A stretch of 64,000 nt of DNA from Lysobacterales bacterium (GTDB taxonomy: Bacteria; Pseudomonadota; Gammaproteobacteria; Xanthomonadales; SZUA-5), in the NCBI GenBank assembly GCA_022844165.1, contig JALHMH010000011.1:32001-96000 (forward strand). The letters run 5' to 3'. Positions within the stretch are counted from its first letter, which is position 1, and every line of letters starts with the position of its first letter. Both the position numbers and the translations under genes were made by a program. Of this stretch, positions 36,163 to 48,133 are shown piece by piece. The notes beneath the pieces were generated by a model, which made no database searches, was not told where the DNA came from, and saw only the letters and a list, made by a program, of their open reading frames with translations.

Positions 36163-38009
36163 GGTGCGTTCTCCAGTTCGAACCAGGCATCAAAAATCTG
36201 GCGCGCAACGGGTGCAGCAGCCAATGAGCCCGAGTCACCCTGTTCGATGACGAGAGCAACGACGATGCGCGGCGCTTCGGCAGGCGCATAACCGACAAAC
36301 AGCGCCTGATTGCGCTGTCCCTCGCGTCTCGGGCCGGTGGTGCCTTCCGCGCCATCGCGCGTTCGGGATACGCGTTGCGCCGTGCCGGTTTTGCCCGCCA
36401 TTCGATAGTTCACGTCGCGGGCTGCCGCGCGAGCCGTCCCGGTGGGGCCATGCATCACGGCCTCCAGACCCTGTTTGACCGCCAGCAGATGTTCCGGATT
36501 TTTCACCAGCGGCGGCCCGACGGGAAGCGGCGGTTTTGGCGCGATCGGAACGTCGAAGCTGGCGCGCTCGGCGTTAACCAGTCGTGGTTGGAAGCGCTGG
36601 CCATTGCCGGCAATCGCCGCTGTTGCAGCCGCCAACTGTGGCAGCGTGGCAACGTTGTAACCCTGACCGATACCAGCGATCACAGTTTCGCCCGGATACC
36701 AGGGCTGATCCAGTTTCTCGCGCTTCCAGCTGCGCGAGGGCAAGATGCCGCTGGCTTCGCCAACCAGGTCGATGCCGGTGGGTGCGCCGAACCCAAACGT
36801 GGACAGGTACGCGTGCATCCGATCGATCCCCAGTTCCAGGGCAAGCTGGTAGTAATAACTGTTCACCGACTGCGCCAGAGACTCGATCAAGTCCACTCGA
36901 CCGTGGCCGCCGCGTTTCCAGTCGCGAAAGGTGAGCGTTTGGCCTGGGATCTGGAAAACGCCGGTTGAGTAGATCGCATCGCTCGATGTGCGCAGCCCGA
37001 GTTCCAACCCGGCCAGCGCGACGAACGGCTTGAGCGTTGAGCCGGGCTCATAACCACCCTGAAGTGCCCGATTGAACAGCGGCCGGCCTGGCGCTTCCAG
37101 CAATGCCTGATAGTCGCTGCGGCTGATGCCGTTGACGAACAGGTTCGTGTCGTAGCTTGGTACGCTGACGAAGGCCAGTACATCGCCGTTGCGCGGATCG
37201 AGCGCCACCAGCGCCCCCACTTTGCCCACCATGATGTCGGTTGCTGCCTGTTGTAGTCGGCTATCCAGGCTCAAGTACAAGTGCCGACCCGCGCTCGGCG
37301 GCGAGCGGTCGAGCTCATCCAGCACCCGTCCCTCTGCATTGGTTTCGACACGCAAGTGCCCAACCTCGCCGTGCAGCGCGCTTTCGTAGTGGCGCTCAAT
37401 GCCGGTCTTGCCGACATGCGTGGTACCGGCATACCGTTTGGCGTCGAGTCCACTGAGCTCATTGACGTCGATGCGCCCGACATAACCGATGACGTGTGCG
37501 AACAGCGGGCCCTGTGGGTAGTGCCGGGTCAGGTAGGGCACAACATCGACGCCGGGAAAACGATAACGTTCGAGCGCAAAGCGTGCCAACTCATCGTCCG
37601 ACAATCGCAGTTTCAGTGGCAGGCTCTGGAATCTGCGACGTGCGCGTGCCAGTTCCAGGAAGCGCTCGCGCTCTTCAGCATCGAAGGCGATCACCTCGCC
37701 TAACGCATCGAGCGTGGCATCCAGATCTGCGACTTGCTCCGGGACCAATTCCAAACGGTATGCCGGTCGGTTGTCGGCCAGGATCACGCCGCGACGGTCG
37801 AGGATGAGCCCGCGCGCTGGCGCCAGCGGTTGCAGTTTGACGCGATTTTTGTCGCTGCGAGCGGCAAACTCGGCGTGCCGTAAAACCATCAGTTCGCCGA
37901 ATCGGGCGAGCACAATCAGGATCGCCACCACGATCAAAGACAGCGACAGCACGGCGCGGCGTTGAAACTGCGCGCTCTCCGCCTCGTTGTCCTTGATCGG
38001 CGTTCTCAT
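36159..38009 (-). CDS. mrdA: Penicillin-binding protein 2
   Basis: ARGLILDRRG, YEPGSTLKPF, QSVNSYYY, WYPGETV, GKTGTAQ. Confidence 0.96.
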   Translation of the reverse strand: MRTPIKDNEAESAQFQRRAVLSLSLIVVAILIVLARFGELMVLRHAEFAARSDKNRVKLQPLAPARGLILDRRGVILADNRPAYRLELVPEQVADLDATLDALGEVIAFDAEERERFLELARARRRFQSLPLKLRLSDDELARFALERYRFPGVDVVPYLTRHYPQGPLFAHVIGYVGRIDVNELSGLDAKRYAGTTHVGKTGIERHYESALHGEVGHLRVETNAEGRVLDELDRSPPSAGRHLYLSLDSRLQQAATDIMVGKVGALVALDPRNGDVLAFVSVPSYDTNLFVNGISRSDYQALLEAPGRPLFNRALQGGYEPGSTLKPFVALAGLELGLRTSSDAIYSTGVFQIPGQTLTFRDWKRGGHGRVDLIESLAQSVNSYYYQLALELGIDRMHAYLSTFGFGAPTGIDLVGEASGILPSRSWKREKLDQPWYPGETVIAGIGQGYNVATLPQLAAATAAIAGNGQRFQPRLVNAERASFDVPIAPKPPLPVGPPLVKNPEHLLAVKQGLEAVMHGPTGTARAAARDVNYRMAGKTGTAQRVSRTRDGAEGTTGPRREGQRNQALFVGYAPAEAPRIVVALVIEQGDSGSLAAAPVARQIFDAWFELENAP

Positions 38010-38494
38010 GGCTTGGCTTTGCGTCGCCTCAACCGCAGGCCATCCAGCAGCAAAAATACCCACGGCCAGGCTAACAATCCGGCAAACGGCGCCAGCCAGA
38101 AGACCAGTGGCGGCCAGGGTGCGCCACCCAGCAGGCGCACCCAAAGATCGATGATGCGATCGTTCAACAGCAGCGCAAACACGGATCCGGCTTGCTGCCA
38201 GATAGGGAAGAACCGCAAGCGATGGCGAAAGCGCAAGGTCAGAAATGTGAGGATCAGCATCCTGAAGGCGTGTTCGCCCAGTAGCGTGCCAAACAGCAGG
38301 TCGGCGCATAAGCCGAGTGCAAAAGCGTGGCCCAGTCCTGCGGCCTCGGGTGCTTCCAGTGCGAAGTAGATCAGCACCAGCGCCAAACCCATCGGTTTGA
38401 TGACAGCCAGCCAGGGCGGCAAGGGAATCAACGCCAGAAGCAGTGCGGCAATGGCCGCAATCAAGAACAGCGAATAGGTGCCCCGTGCCTTCAT
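38006..38494 (-). CDS. mreD: Rod shape-determining protein MreD
   Basis: Hydrophobic protein with GLCADLLFGTLLGEHA and RLRFFPIWQQ; position in the mre operon. Confidence 0.93.
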   Translation of the reverse strand: MKARGTYSLFLIAAIAALLLALIPLPPWLAVIKPMGLALVLIYFALEAPEAAGLGHAFALGLCADLLFGTLLGEHAFRMLILTFLTLRFRHRLRFFPIWQQAGSVFALLLNDRIIDLWVRLLGGAPWPPLVFWLAPFAGLLAWPWVFLLLDGLRLRRRKAKP

Positions 38495-39357
38495 CGCTGA
38501 TCGACCTCGGGCAGCGGTGGGCCGACCGACGGCCTGGGCTTAACTGCCAACAGCTCGCGATTGCTTGCCAGTAGAGACACCGGCCGGGCAATCGCCGTGG
38601 CGAACGCGGCATCAACGGGGCGTTCCACGGCGATAACATCGGCCACCGGGTACCCGGCGACGAATCGCCCGCCAACGGCTGTCGTCAGTAGACGATCGCC
38701 CACGACGATATCCGCATTGGGCGGCAGGTTCTTGAGTTCCAGGCGTTGCGCATCACCACTGCCATAGGCGATCGCTTTCAAGCCGCTGCGCGACACTTCG
38801 ACTGGCAGCGCATGGTTCGGATCGGTAATCAAAATGGCGAACGAATATCGAGCGCCGACTTCGCTGAGTTGGCCAACCACGCCGGCCACGTCGATGAGGC
38901 CGTCGCCCCGTGCAAGCCCAAGCTCGCGACCGCCATCCAACAACAACCGCTGGCGGAACGGATCGAGGTCGATGTCGATCACCCGCAGCAAGGTGCCGGC
39001 CAGGGCATCCTGGCGAGCGCGTTGCACTTTGGCGAGTACGCGCTCGGCTTCCAGGGCGGCCGCACGGCGTTGGTAAATTTCGTTCTGTGCGGTTAGCAGC
39101 GCGGCCCGCAGCGTCGCGTTTTCGTTGGCCAGCGATTGTCTTGCGGTGACCGCGAAACGTGCATCAGCCGCCATTTGAGCCGGCAATGCAGTCAGCTCGT
39201 ACACCGGCGCCAACAGCACCAGCGCCCGTTCGCGCATCGAAACCAGAAAGCCCCGTTGGCGGTCGGTCAGCATCAGCATGATCGCCAATGCCAAAAGGAC
39301 CACGAGCTTCAGTGTGCCCGGCCGTGCACCAGCGAACAGCGGAGCGGAATCGGTCAT
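38491..39357 (-). CDS. mreC: Rod shape-determining protein MreC
   Basis: TM helix, coiled coil (ENATLR), DLDPFRQR, GVVGQ, LITDPNHALPV, GGRFVAGYPVA. Confidence 0.94.
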   Translation of the reverse strand: MTDSAPLFAGARPGTLKLVVLLALAIMLMLTDRQRGFLVSMRERALVLLAPVYELTALPAQMAADARFAVTARQSLANENATLRAALLTAQNEIYQRRAAALEAERVLAKVQRARQDALAGTLLRVIDIDLDPFRQRLLLDGGRELGLARGDGLIDVAGVVGQLSEVGARYSFAILITDPNHALPVEVSRSGLKAIAYGSGDAQRLELKNLPPNADIVVGDRLLTTAVGGRFVAGYPVADVIAVERPVDAAFATAIARPVSLLASNRELLAVKPRPSVGPPLPEVDQR

Positions 39358-39526
39358 GGGACGGAGCGTGCACGGCGCGCGCGCTGCATTGGGCAGCGCG
39401 TTGCCGCCGTTCCGATGCGACTTGGAGTCAACAGGTTCGGCTTACGCCCTCCAACTCGCGCCTCGCGCCGTGTCCTCCAGGCCCCACTATCGATATCTGT
39501 CATCGACTCCACGCGCTGGGGCCTGC

Positions 39527-40642
<1,116 letters not shown>

Positions 40643-40969
40643 CTACCGCACGGCACCTGCCGTTTCGGTTGAGAGCAAACACTGCCAAGCGAAGTGATGC
40701 ACGCTATCCGTGACATAAAACCGCGTCTTTAAGTTCATGGCTGGGTTGCATATCCTCGCCATAGAAAAGCGATGGCTGTGGTTTGCGCCTTGCCCTGAAC
40801 AAAATCCACCGGCTTTATTTATCTCGTCGAGCGCGCATTACGACGCTAGCGCCAGGAACCGCGCAACATAACAAGCACCTGAACACGCGAACAAGCCAAA
40901 ATGCGGGCGAAATGCGGGCCTGTTCAGGCGGGTGAAGCGCTTTAGGGCGTGCACGCAACCGCAGTGCGA

Positions 40970-42391
40970 TCACGAGCAAGTCGGCAAACGCAATTTTTGG
41001 CCGATTTTTAAGGCGTAACGCGGTGCCTTCAGGCCGTTCAATCGCGCCAGGTCAGCAACGCTGGAACAGCGTGTTCGGCGCGCGATCGCGTTCAACGTAT
41101 CGCCTCGGCGTACCGTGTACGACACCGCAATCGGACCGGTCGGATTTTTCGCGTCCTGGAGCGCAGCGATGCGCGACATGAATTCCATATCGGCGCAAGG
41201 CGCCGCGTTTAACAGCGCTGACGCGGGCACACGAATGGATGTGCCCTTGGGCAGTCGCAGTTCGGGTTTGACGCGTGGGTTCGCGTTGCGCAAAGTACGG
41301 AACCAGCCTTCGAGGCGCTCGCCCTGGCCCAGGCAAATCGCCAGTTCCGCCAGCGACATCGAATGCGGCAGCGGATACGCGTCAAGTGTGGGCGTCAGCG
41401 TGGGAAACCGCAGTCCGTAGCGCTCGGGATTCGAAAAGAGGTGTGCCGCTGCGAGTACTTTGGGAACGTAGTCGCGGGTTTCCGCAGGCAACGCGAAGTA
41501 GATGGCATCGGACCAGAAGCTTTTGCCTGGGTGACGTTTGACGAGGCGGCCGACGCGTCCTTCGCCGCCGTTGTAGGCCGCCAGTGTGAGTTCCAGATTT
41601 TGGTTGAGCGTGCGCAACTGCTCCTGGATATAGGCGACGTTCGCTTGCGATACGCGGGCCGGATCGAGGCGCTCGTCGAACTCGGCGCTGCCCCCCAGGC
41701 CAAATCGCCGCGCAGTTGCCGGCATGAATTGCAGCGGCCCGGCGGCACCGGCGCTGGAGTAGGCATGCACACGTCCGGCCGATTCCTTCGCGAGGATACC
41801 GAACAACAATGCTTCGGGAAGGCCTGCGCGTTCGTAGGCGGGCCACATGTCGGCGCGCAAAAACTGGTAGTTGGTCCAGGACTCGATGAGCTGAGGCCGC
41901 ATCCACGTCAGCCAATCCTCAAGCGCGGCGCGCACCGGTTCGTTGAGCACGATCAGCTGATCGAGCGGCTTTCCCGCCAGCATCGGCACCGCCGGCGCAT
42001 TGCCGGTTGGCGCAGGAAGCGTGGGCGTCTCGTCATCCAGGGCCACATCATCCGGGGCATCAAAAAATCCGGCGGCGATGCTCTGCAGGCGCAGCAGAAC
42101 CGCCATCGCTTGTACGAAACGTCCGGCTTCGCATCCGGCTGCCAGCGCGCACGACACACCCGCCTGTTCGATCTGGGTCAGAGCGGCGTCCATTTTCGCC
42201 TGTCCGTCACGTGGGCTGCCTGCCCGAATCAGTTCAAGACCGGCCTGATAGCGTGTCGTGGCCTCGCCAATCACCGCGTATTGCGCGTCGAAAGAGGGTG
42301 CCGGCGCGAGATCCTCCTGCGGTTGGTGTGGCAATGGCGGCGCGCTGGCGCAACCAAGGAGCAACAGAGCAACCCAGGCGCTACGCAGCAT
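40970..42391 (-). CDS. MltD-like lytic transglycosylase lipoprotein (SLT + LysM)
   Basis: Lipobox LLLGC; KES catalytic Glu, AAGPLQFMPATARRFGL, AAYNGGEGRV, ETRDYVPK; LysM YTVRRGDTL. Confidence 0.9.
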   Translation of the reverse strand: MLRSAWVALLLLGCASAPPLPHQPQEDLAPAPSFDAQYAVIGEATTRYQAGLELIRAGSPRDGQAKMDAALTQIEQAGVSCALAAGCEAGRFVQAMAVLLRLQSIAAGFFDAPDDVALDDETPTLPAPTGNAPAVPMLAGKPLDQLIVLNEPVRAALEDWLTWMRPQLIESWTNYQFLRADMWPAYERAGLPEALLFGILAKESAGRVHAYSSAGAAGPLQFMPATARRFGLGGSAEFDERLDPARVSQANVAYIQEQLRTLNQNLELTLAAYNGGEGRVGRLVKRHPGKSFWSDAIYFALPAETRDYVPKVLAAAHLFSNPERYGLRFPTLTPTLDAYPLPHSMSLAELAICLGQGERLEGWFRTLRNANPRVKPELRLPKGTSIRVPASALLNAAPCADMEFMSRIAALQDAKNPTGPIAVSYTVRRGDTLNAIARRTRCSSVADLARLNGLKAPRYALKIGQKLRLPTCS

Positions 42392-42800
42392 CGATGATTT
42401 TCCAGATGCCGCTGGCGAATGCAACCTGCCGTTCGGCGTCGAAAATTTCGCCCGCAGCAAAAATAATGGAGCGCGTCTTGCGGAGTACCTGAGCTTCGGC
42501 ATACAGCCAGCGGTTTGCATGCGCTGCCGCCAGGAACTGACAATTGAGCTCGATGGTCGCAAACGTCATTTCGTGGCCCAGCTCATCGCCGATGGCGCGG
42601 TACAACGCAAAATCGGCGAAACTGCTGATCACGCCACCATGCACCACACCCTCGGGATTGAGGTGTTTGGCCTCCAGCTGCACCGCGCGCCGCATCCCTT
42701 GCGCCAGCTCGATCTCGTAGAACGGGCCGATATGACTCGAGAAACCCCGCTGCTGCGGCGCCAGTTTCAACCTCGGCAACTCTCGCGGGCGCTCTGACAT
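42381..42800 (-). CDS. PaaI-family thioesterase (hotdog fold)
   Basis: HLNPEGVVHGGVISSFAD, ATIELNCQFL. Confidence 0.9.
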   Translation of the reverse strand: MSERPRELPRLKLAPQQRGFSSHIGPFYEIELAQGMRRAVQLEAKHLNPEGVVHGGVISSFADFALYRAIGDELGHEMTFATIELNCQFLAAAHANRWLYAEAQVLRKTRSIIFAAGEIFDAERQVAFASGIWKIIDAA

Positions 42801-42937
42801 GGTGTGCTCGGGAACCAGACGTCCGCGGAGTCTATCAGCGCAGTTGCGTGGCTTTATGTCGCGCCAGTCAAAACGCGTAGCCAACTCAAAGAACGCTCAG
42901 TGGTATGGGGACGAGCGGTTGGCTGAAATCTCAGGGT

Positions 42938-43984
42938 CTACCAGCCCCGCGCCATCTCGGCCTCGGGTTTGCGCGTCAAACCCACCTGCATCCAGCCCAG
43001 GTTCATGCCGATATGGGTGGCGTCAGGGTTGGCCCAGATATAGTTGACCTGTTTGTCGTTGCGCGTATCCATCAGCACCAGTTTGAGGATCGGAACCTTG
43101 GTGTTTTGGTAGGTGAGTTGCTCCAGTCGCACCGCGTAACCGGAATCTTCGCCGGTATCGTCGTCGAGGATTTTGAGCAGCCCGCCTTCGTTGTGAATCA
43201 ACTTGCCGCTGGTGAAGTCCCAGGTCTGCTCATCCGGTTTGGCCTCCGGCCCGCCTTTTTTGACGCCGCCCCACAGTGTGAAATAGCGGACTTTGCGGTT
43301 TTTGTGCGGCGGACCAGCCGGGCGCCCGAACACCACGTTGCCGGCGGTATCTCGAGCGACATCCGAGATGTGCAACTCGGTATCCGACAGCATCAGCGTG
43401 TCGTTGATGATGATGGTCTTGCCCAGACGAGGCGAGTCGATTCGACACGCGTCTTTGTCCATCTCGCCGATGAAATGATCACCATGCCAGTGCCAGTAGA
43501 CTTCGCAGCCTTCGGTTGTACGGACTTGTTGTAACGTCATCGACGCGAGGATTTGCGGCTGAAGGTGCGCATCGGTGAACGCTTTTTCATCGACGAACGC
43601 ATAAATATCGAGTCGTAGCGCGTTGCGCTCCGGGTTTTTGGAGAACGAATAAAGCCGCTGGCGATAGACCTTGCCCGGGTCGCCGTCGAGATACTGTTTA
43701 ACGAAAAACGTGTGCTGCCCGATCGCTGGTGCCGAGACTGGCGCAAAGACGTGGTGGATGCGTTCGAGCGGATCCGCGACCTTTTCGACTTTGGTCTGCT
43801 GCCACACCTGCTCGTGGTTGTCCCATTCGCCGGGGAACCATTGCAGCAGGGTTTGCAGGTGCGCATCGAGTTCACTCGGCTGCGCGCTGGTATCGACCGC
43901 GACAGCCGCGCGATCGGTGGCGTTGACGACGATGCAGCCGGGCAAAACCAGCGTTAGTCCTGTCCATAACAGCAAGCTACGCAT
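42938..43984 (-). CDS. CpcT/CpeT chromophore-lyase-like lipoprotein with C-terminal extension
   Basis: Lipobox VLPGC; WFPGEWDNHEQ, FFVKQY...VYRQRLYSF, GCEVYW, HFIGEM...C, ISDVARD...VFG pattern recalled for the CpeT family. Confidence 0.75.
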   Translation of the reverse strand: MRSLLLWTGLTLVLPGCIVVNATDRAAVAVDTSAQPSELDAHLQTLLQWFPGEWDNHEQVWQQTKVEKVADPLERIHHVFAPVSAPAIGQHTFFVKQYLDGDPGKVYRQRLYSFSKNPERNALRLDIYAFVDEKAFTDAHLQPQILASMTLQQVRTTEGCEVYWHWHGDHFIGEMDKDACRIDSPRLGKTIIINDTLMLSDTELHISDVARDTAGNVVFGRPAGPPHKNRKVRYFTLWGGVKKGGPEAKPDEQTWDFTSGKLIHNEGGLLKILDDDTGEDSGYAVRLEQLTYQNTKVPILKLVLMDTRNDKQVNYIWANPDATHIGMNLGWMQVGLTRKPEAEMARGW

Positions 43985-44011
43985 CCCACCCTCCCCGGTA
44001 TCATTGTGAAC

Positions 44012-44980
44012 TTAGGCCGCCACGCCCGCCTCATGCGCAGAGCGGTCGGCGTGATACGAAGAGCGCACCATTGGCCCGCTGGCAACATGTTTGAAGCCGA
44101 GCGCATCGCCGTGAAGGCGCAACTCGTCGAACTCTGCGGGTGTCCAGTAGCGCACCACCGGATGGTGGTGCGCGGTCGGCTGCAGGTACTGGCCAATGGT
44201 GATCATGTCCACATCGTGGGCGCGTAGATCGGCCATCGCGCAGTGCACCTGATCGAGTGTTTCGCCCAGGCCCAGCATGATCCCAGATTTGGTCGGCACT
44301 GCGGGATGCTGCGCCTTGAAACGCTGCAAGAGTCTCAACGACCAGTCGTAATCGGCGCCGGGGCGAACTTCCAGATAGCGCTCGCGCACGGTTTCCAGGT
44401 TGTGATTGAAGACATCCGGCGCGCAATCCTGGAAAACTTCAAGTGCCCGATCCATGCGCCCCTTGCCGCGAAAATCCGGTACTAAAACTTCGATCACAAT
44501 TCGCGGGCTGCTGGCGCGCACCGCGCGAATGCAATCGACAAAATGCTGCGCGCCGCCGTCGCGCAAATCGTCACGATCGACCGAGGTGATCACCACATAA
44601 CGCAATCGCATCTCGGCGATCGTGCGCGCCAGATTGGCTGGCTCATCCGGATCCGGTGGTTTCGGTCGCCCGTGTGCGACATCGCAGAACGCGCAGCGCC
44701 GCGTACAGACAGCGCCAAGGATCATGAAAGTTGCGGTGCCGTTGCTGAAACACTCGTGGATATTGGGGCACGAGGCCTCTTCGCACACGGTGACCAGTGC
44801 GTTAGCGCGAAGTTTCGCTTTCAGTACGTCAACGGCGTTGCCCGAAGGCAGGCGGACACGAATCCAGCTCGGTTTTCTGAGCGATGGACGGCTTGGGTCG
44901 AAGGTGACGGGATTGCGCGCGATCTTGTCTTCGCCGAGTTGTTTTTCGCCCAGCACCAGCGCCGGGATGGCCTTATTCAT
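44012..44980 (-). CDS. lipA: Lipoyl synthase
   Basis: [51 protein letters not shown]. Confidence 0.98.
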   Translation of the reverse strand: MNKAIPALVLGEKQLGEDKIARNPVTFDPSRPSLRKPSWIRVRLPSGNAVDVLKAKLRANALVTVCEEASCPNIHECFSNGTATFMILGAVCTRRCAFCDVAHGRPKPPDPDEPANLARTIAEMRLRYVVITSVDRDDLRDGGAQHFVDCIRAVRASSPRIVIEVLVPDFRGKGRMDRALEVFQDCAPDVFNHNLETVRERYLEVRPGADYDWSLRLLQRFKAQHPAVPTKSGIMLGLGETLDQVHCAMADLRAHDVDMITIGQYLQPTAHHHPVVRYWTPAEFDELRLHGDALGFKHVASGPMVRSSYHADRSAHEAGVAA

Positions 44981-45648
44981 GCGGCGTCTTGTTCGAGGTC
45001 TTGCGGAAGAGTCGAATCGTACACGACTGGCGAGATCTCGTATGCGAAAACGCGGGCGAAGTGCTGCGCGTAACCGGTGGCGACGGTGGAGAGTTCCAGC
45101 TTGATGCCCAATCGCCGCAGATCGATGACCTCGAGACCACGATAGCCGCAAGGATTGATCCGCGAGAACGGCTCCAGATCCATGTCGACATTGAGCGCGA
45201 TGCCGTGGAACGTGGTGCCACGACGAACGCGGATGCCGATGGCCATGACTTTGGCCGCACCGACGTAGATGCCTGGCGCCCCAGCTCGGCGTTCGCCATG
45301 GATGCCGTATCCGCCAAGAAGATCGATGCCGACTTGCTCGAGGCGTGTGACCAGCTCGCGTACGCCGATTCCGAGCCGGCGTAGATCGATTAAAGGATAG
45401 GCTACGAGTTGGCCGGGGCCGTGGTACGTGACCTGCCCACCGCGGTCGACCGGCAACACCGGGATGTCGCCGGGGAACAGGACATGCTCGGTTTTGCCTG
45501 CTTGCCCCAGCGTAAAAATCGGATCGTGCTCGAGTAACAACAGATGATCGGCGGCGTGCTCATCGCGCCTGGCCGCGTAGCGTTGCATTGCGCGCCACAG
45601 CGGCTCGTAAGGCTGGCGATCGATGAACCGGGGGTGCAGCGCGATCAT
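44977..45648 (-). CDS. lipB: Octanoyltransferase
   Basis: [39 protein letters not shown]. Confidence 0.97.
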   Translation of the reverse strand: MIALHPRFIDRQPYEPLWRAMQRYAARRDEHAADHLLLLEHDPIFTLGQAGKTEHVLFPGDIPVLPVDRGGQVTYHGPGQLVAYPLIDLRRLGIGVRELVTRLEQVGIDLLGGYGIHGERRAGAPGIYVGAAKVMAIGIRVRRGTTFHGIALNVDMDLEPFSRINPCGYRGLEVIDLRRLGIKLELSTVATGYAQHFARVFAYEISPVVYDSTLPQDLEQDAA

Positions 45649-45667
45649 CTGAGTGCCCCACCGCTCC

Positions 45668-47677
45668 TCACTTCGCGCCCGGCGGCGCGTACTTTTCGAT
45701 CCAATGGTGCACTTCTTCGTACCAGAAGATCGAGTTTTGCGGCTTCAAGATCCAGTGGTTTTCGTTAGGGTAGTAGATCAGGCGCGTGGGTACATCGCGC
45801 TTCTTGAGCGTCTGATACAGCTCAAAGCCGTGGTTGACGGGAACGCGATAGTCGAGCTGCCCATGGATGACCAGCGTCGGCGTCTTGAAATTGCCAGCGC
45901 CCAAGTGCGGCGATGAGCGCTGGAAAATCGTCGGGTCTTCCCAAAACTCGGGAAAACGGGCATCGCTAAAGCCAAAGTCGCTGCCAATTTGTGTGTACCA
46001 GTTGTACACCGCGGCATGCGCGATCAACGCCTTGAACGGGTGTTCGCGACCGAGCAGGATGGAAGCCAGATAGCCGCCATAGCTGCCGCCCCCCGCAACC
46101 ATCCGGTCTTTGTCGACGAAAGGCTGTGCCGCCAACCACTCGGCGGCTTTGATGGTGTCTTCGTACGGCAGTATGTCCTGGTTTGGGTTGATCGAATCGG
46201 TGAAGGCCTGACCAAAACCGCTGGAGCCATGAAAGTTATGCCATGCGGTGACATAACCACGCGCCGCAAACACCTGCGCATTCCAGCGGAACGAAAACGC
46301 GTTGGTAATGCCGTTGTGCGGGCCGCCATGGAGAAGGAGAAAGACTGGATAGCGCCTGGATTTGTCGAAGCCCGGTGGGTAGTTGACCCACATTTGGATC
46401 GGCACGCCGTTGGCGCCGGTGTAGGTCACCGATTCGTATGTGCCAAATTCGATGGCGTCGAGGGCTTCCTTGTTGCGCGTGCCGAGTATCGTCGATTGAC
46501 CCGAGCGCATATCCAGACGCACCAAGGTCGGCGGTTCGATGTAGCTTTCTCGCAGCGCAACCAGCGTTTTGCCGTTCGCAGCCAGCGCCAGCGCACCGAT
46601 ATTGCTGCCATCCGTGATGCGTCGCGGTTTGCCCTTGAGCGGTAACTCGTAAGCCCGGACAGTGCCGGCATCGTCGATCGCGCCGAGCAAACCCGCGCTG
46701 TCGGCTTTCCAGATCAAGTTATCTGCCGAACGATCCCAGTCGGTGTGCAGAGTCTGGGTGTTCTGCGAGGCCGTATCGTAAATCCGCAGTCGTCGCGTAT
46801 CCCCATAAAAACCGACAATGGTCTGGCGGACGTAGGCCAGCTTCTTGCCATCGGGACTCCACAGGGGCACGTTATCGCTGCCGACGTTGTCGGTTGTCAA
46901 ATTGCTCGCGGACCCGTCGGCGCCGAGCAGGAACACGTCCAGATTGATCTTGTTGTGATCAGGGTTACTGTCGGCGACAAAGGCCACCGCACCTGTCTTG
47001 CGATTCACATCGAACGATGAGGCATCGGACAAACTGCGCGGCAGTTCCAGTTTGCTCGCCAGCGTCAGTGGTTTAGGCTCGCCACCGCTGAGCGCTATCT
47101 CGAACAGGTGCGCCTGGCGATCGTCGATGAACTGATCCCAATACATGACGGGCGTATCGTCCCAGACTTTGGCGGTCATCTTCGATTCGGTGCGTTCCTT
47201 GATGCGCGCAGCGGAGTCGGTCCACGAAACGCCGGGCCACACGCGCGTCAGCACCACCATTCGCTGGCTGTCGCCATGCCACTTTGCGACCGACACGCCA
47301 GTGGGAATTGACGTCACGCGCCGCGCCTCACCGCCGCTCAGTGGCATCGCGTACACCTGTGGTGATTTGTCGTCATCGCGCTGGGCGATAAAGGACAACC
47401 ATTTTCCATCCGGGCTGAACGCCGGTGCCGACTCATTCGATGCTGCTTGCGTCAGCAGGCGTTCTTCAGAACCATCGGTCGCGAACCACCAAAGGTCGGC
47501 GATACTCTTGTCTTCTTTGATGTCGAAGCGTGTCACCGCTGCGACCGCTGTCTTGCCGTCAGGAGAAATGGCCGGCGGCGCGATACGCTCCAAAGACCAC
47601 ATGGACTTCTCGGTCAGAGCGGTCGCCCAGGTGGGGCCGCCCGCTGCAAGTAGAATGAATGCCAAACGGGTTCGCAT
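45668..47677 (-). CDS. Secreted S9-family (prolyl oligopeptidase/acylaminoacyl) peptidase
   Basis: Signal peptide, beta-propeller repeats (FSPDGK, WSPDGK), HGGP, GGSYGG nucleophile, DYRV, ENHW. Confidence 0.93.
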   Translation of the reverse strand: MRTRLAFILLAAGGPTWATALTEKSMWSLERIAPPAISPDGKTAVAAVTRFDIKEDKSIADLWWFATDGSEERLLTQAASNESAPAFSPDGKWLSFIAQRDDDKSPQVYAMPLSGGEARRVTSIPTGVSVAKWHGDSQRMVVLTRVWPGVSWTDSAARIKERTESKMTAKVWDDTPVMYWDQFIDDRQAHLFEIALSGGEPKPLTLASKLELPRSLSDASSFDVNRKTGAVAFVADSNPDHNKINLDVFLLGADGSASNLTTDNVGSDNVPLWSPDGKKLAYVRQTIVGFYGDTRRLRIYDTASQNTQTLHTDWDRSADNLIWKADSAGLLGAIDDAGTVRAYELPLKGKPRRITDGSNIGALALAANGKTLVALRESYIEPPTLVRLDMRSGQSTILGTRNKEALDAIEFGTYESVTYTGANGVPIQMWVNYPPGFDKSRRYPVFLLLHGGPHNGITNAFSFRWNAQVFAARGYVTAWHNFHGSSGFGQAFTDSINPNQDILPYEDTIKAAEWLAAQPFVDKDRMVAGGGSYGGYLASILLGREHPFKALIAHAAVYNWYTQIGSDFGFSDARFPEFWEDPTIFQRSSPHLGAGNFKTPTLVIHGQLDYRVPVNHGFELYQTLKKRDVPTRLIYYPNENHWILKPQNSIFWYEEVHHWIEKYAPPGAK

Positions 47678-47876
47678 CGCGGTTCCTGATTCACTGGGGA
47701 CAGCAGCCGAAGATAGCCTACCCGGCGGTGTGCGCAAGCCGGCTCAGGCTGCCACAGCGCTGGATTGTCGTAGCGAATCGATGGGGCGAGTCGTTCCGGT
47801 CGGCCCCGAATCTGGCAAACAAGCGATGCTGAGGCGCCGCGCCAGGGTCATGTGCTGGCCCCGGCGTGCCCTCGCC

Positions 47877-48133
47877 CTAGAGTCCTTGACTGAGCGAGAT
47901 CTTGTCAATTGAGTCAAATTTTCGTCGGAGCGGCTTTGGCTGTTGAAGCCCCCTTGAGTACAAGGGGGGGTGAGGATCGGCGCTGACACGCCGCGAGGCG
48001 TGTGCCGAGCCGAACGACCGGCGGCTGTGCCGCCGGGCCGGAAATGCGCGCAGCGCTCAATGGGGGTTTTGGCAAGCACGGTGTCTGGCGAAGCCAACAA
48101 TGCTCGGCGGTCTGAGGCGAAGCCTCGCCTTAG
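47877..48133 (+). repeat. Copy 3 (longest, 257 bp) of modular REP/MITE-like repeat
   Basis: CTAGAGTCCTTGAC...TGAGGCGAAGCCTCG-CC-TTAG; contains all main modules seen in copies 1 and 2. Confidence 0.92.

Noticed and set aside
39358-39526. GC-rich hairpins between mreB and mreC (CAGGCCCCA...TGGGGCCTG)
   Set aside because: Single copy with no U-tract; consistent with an ordinary intercistronic stem.
40878-40928. CCTGAACA...TGTTCAGG inverted repeat enclosing two AAATGCGGGC copies
   Set aside because: Short and single; too little evidence for an ncRNA or element.
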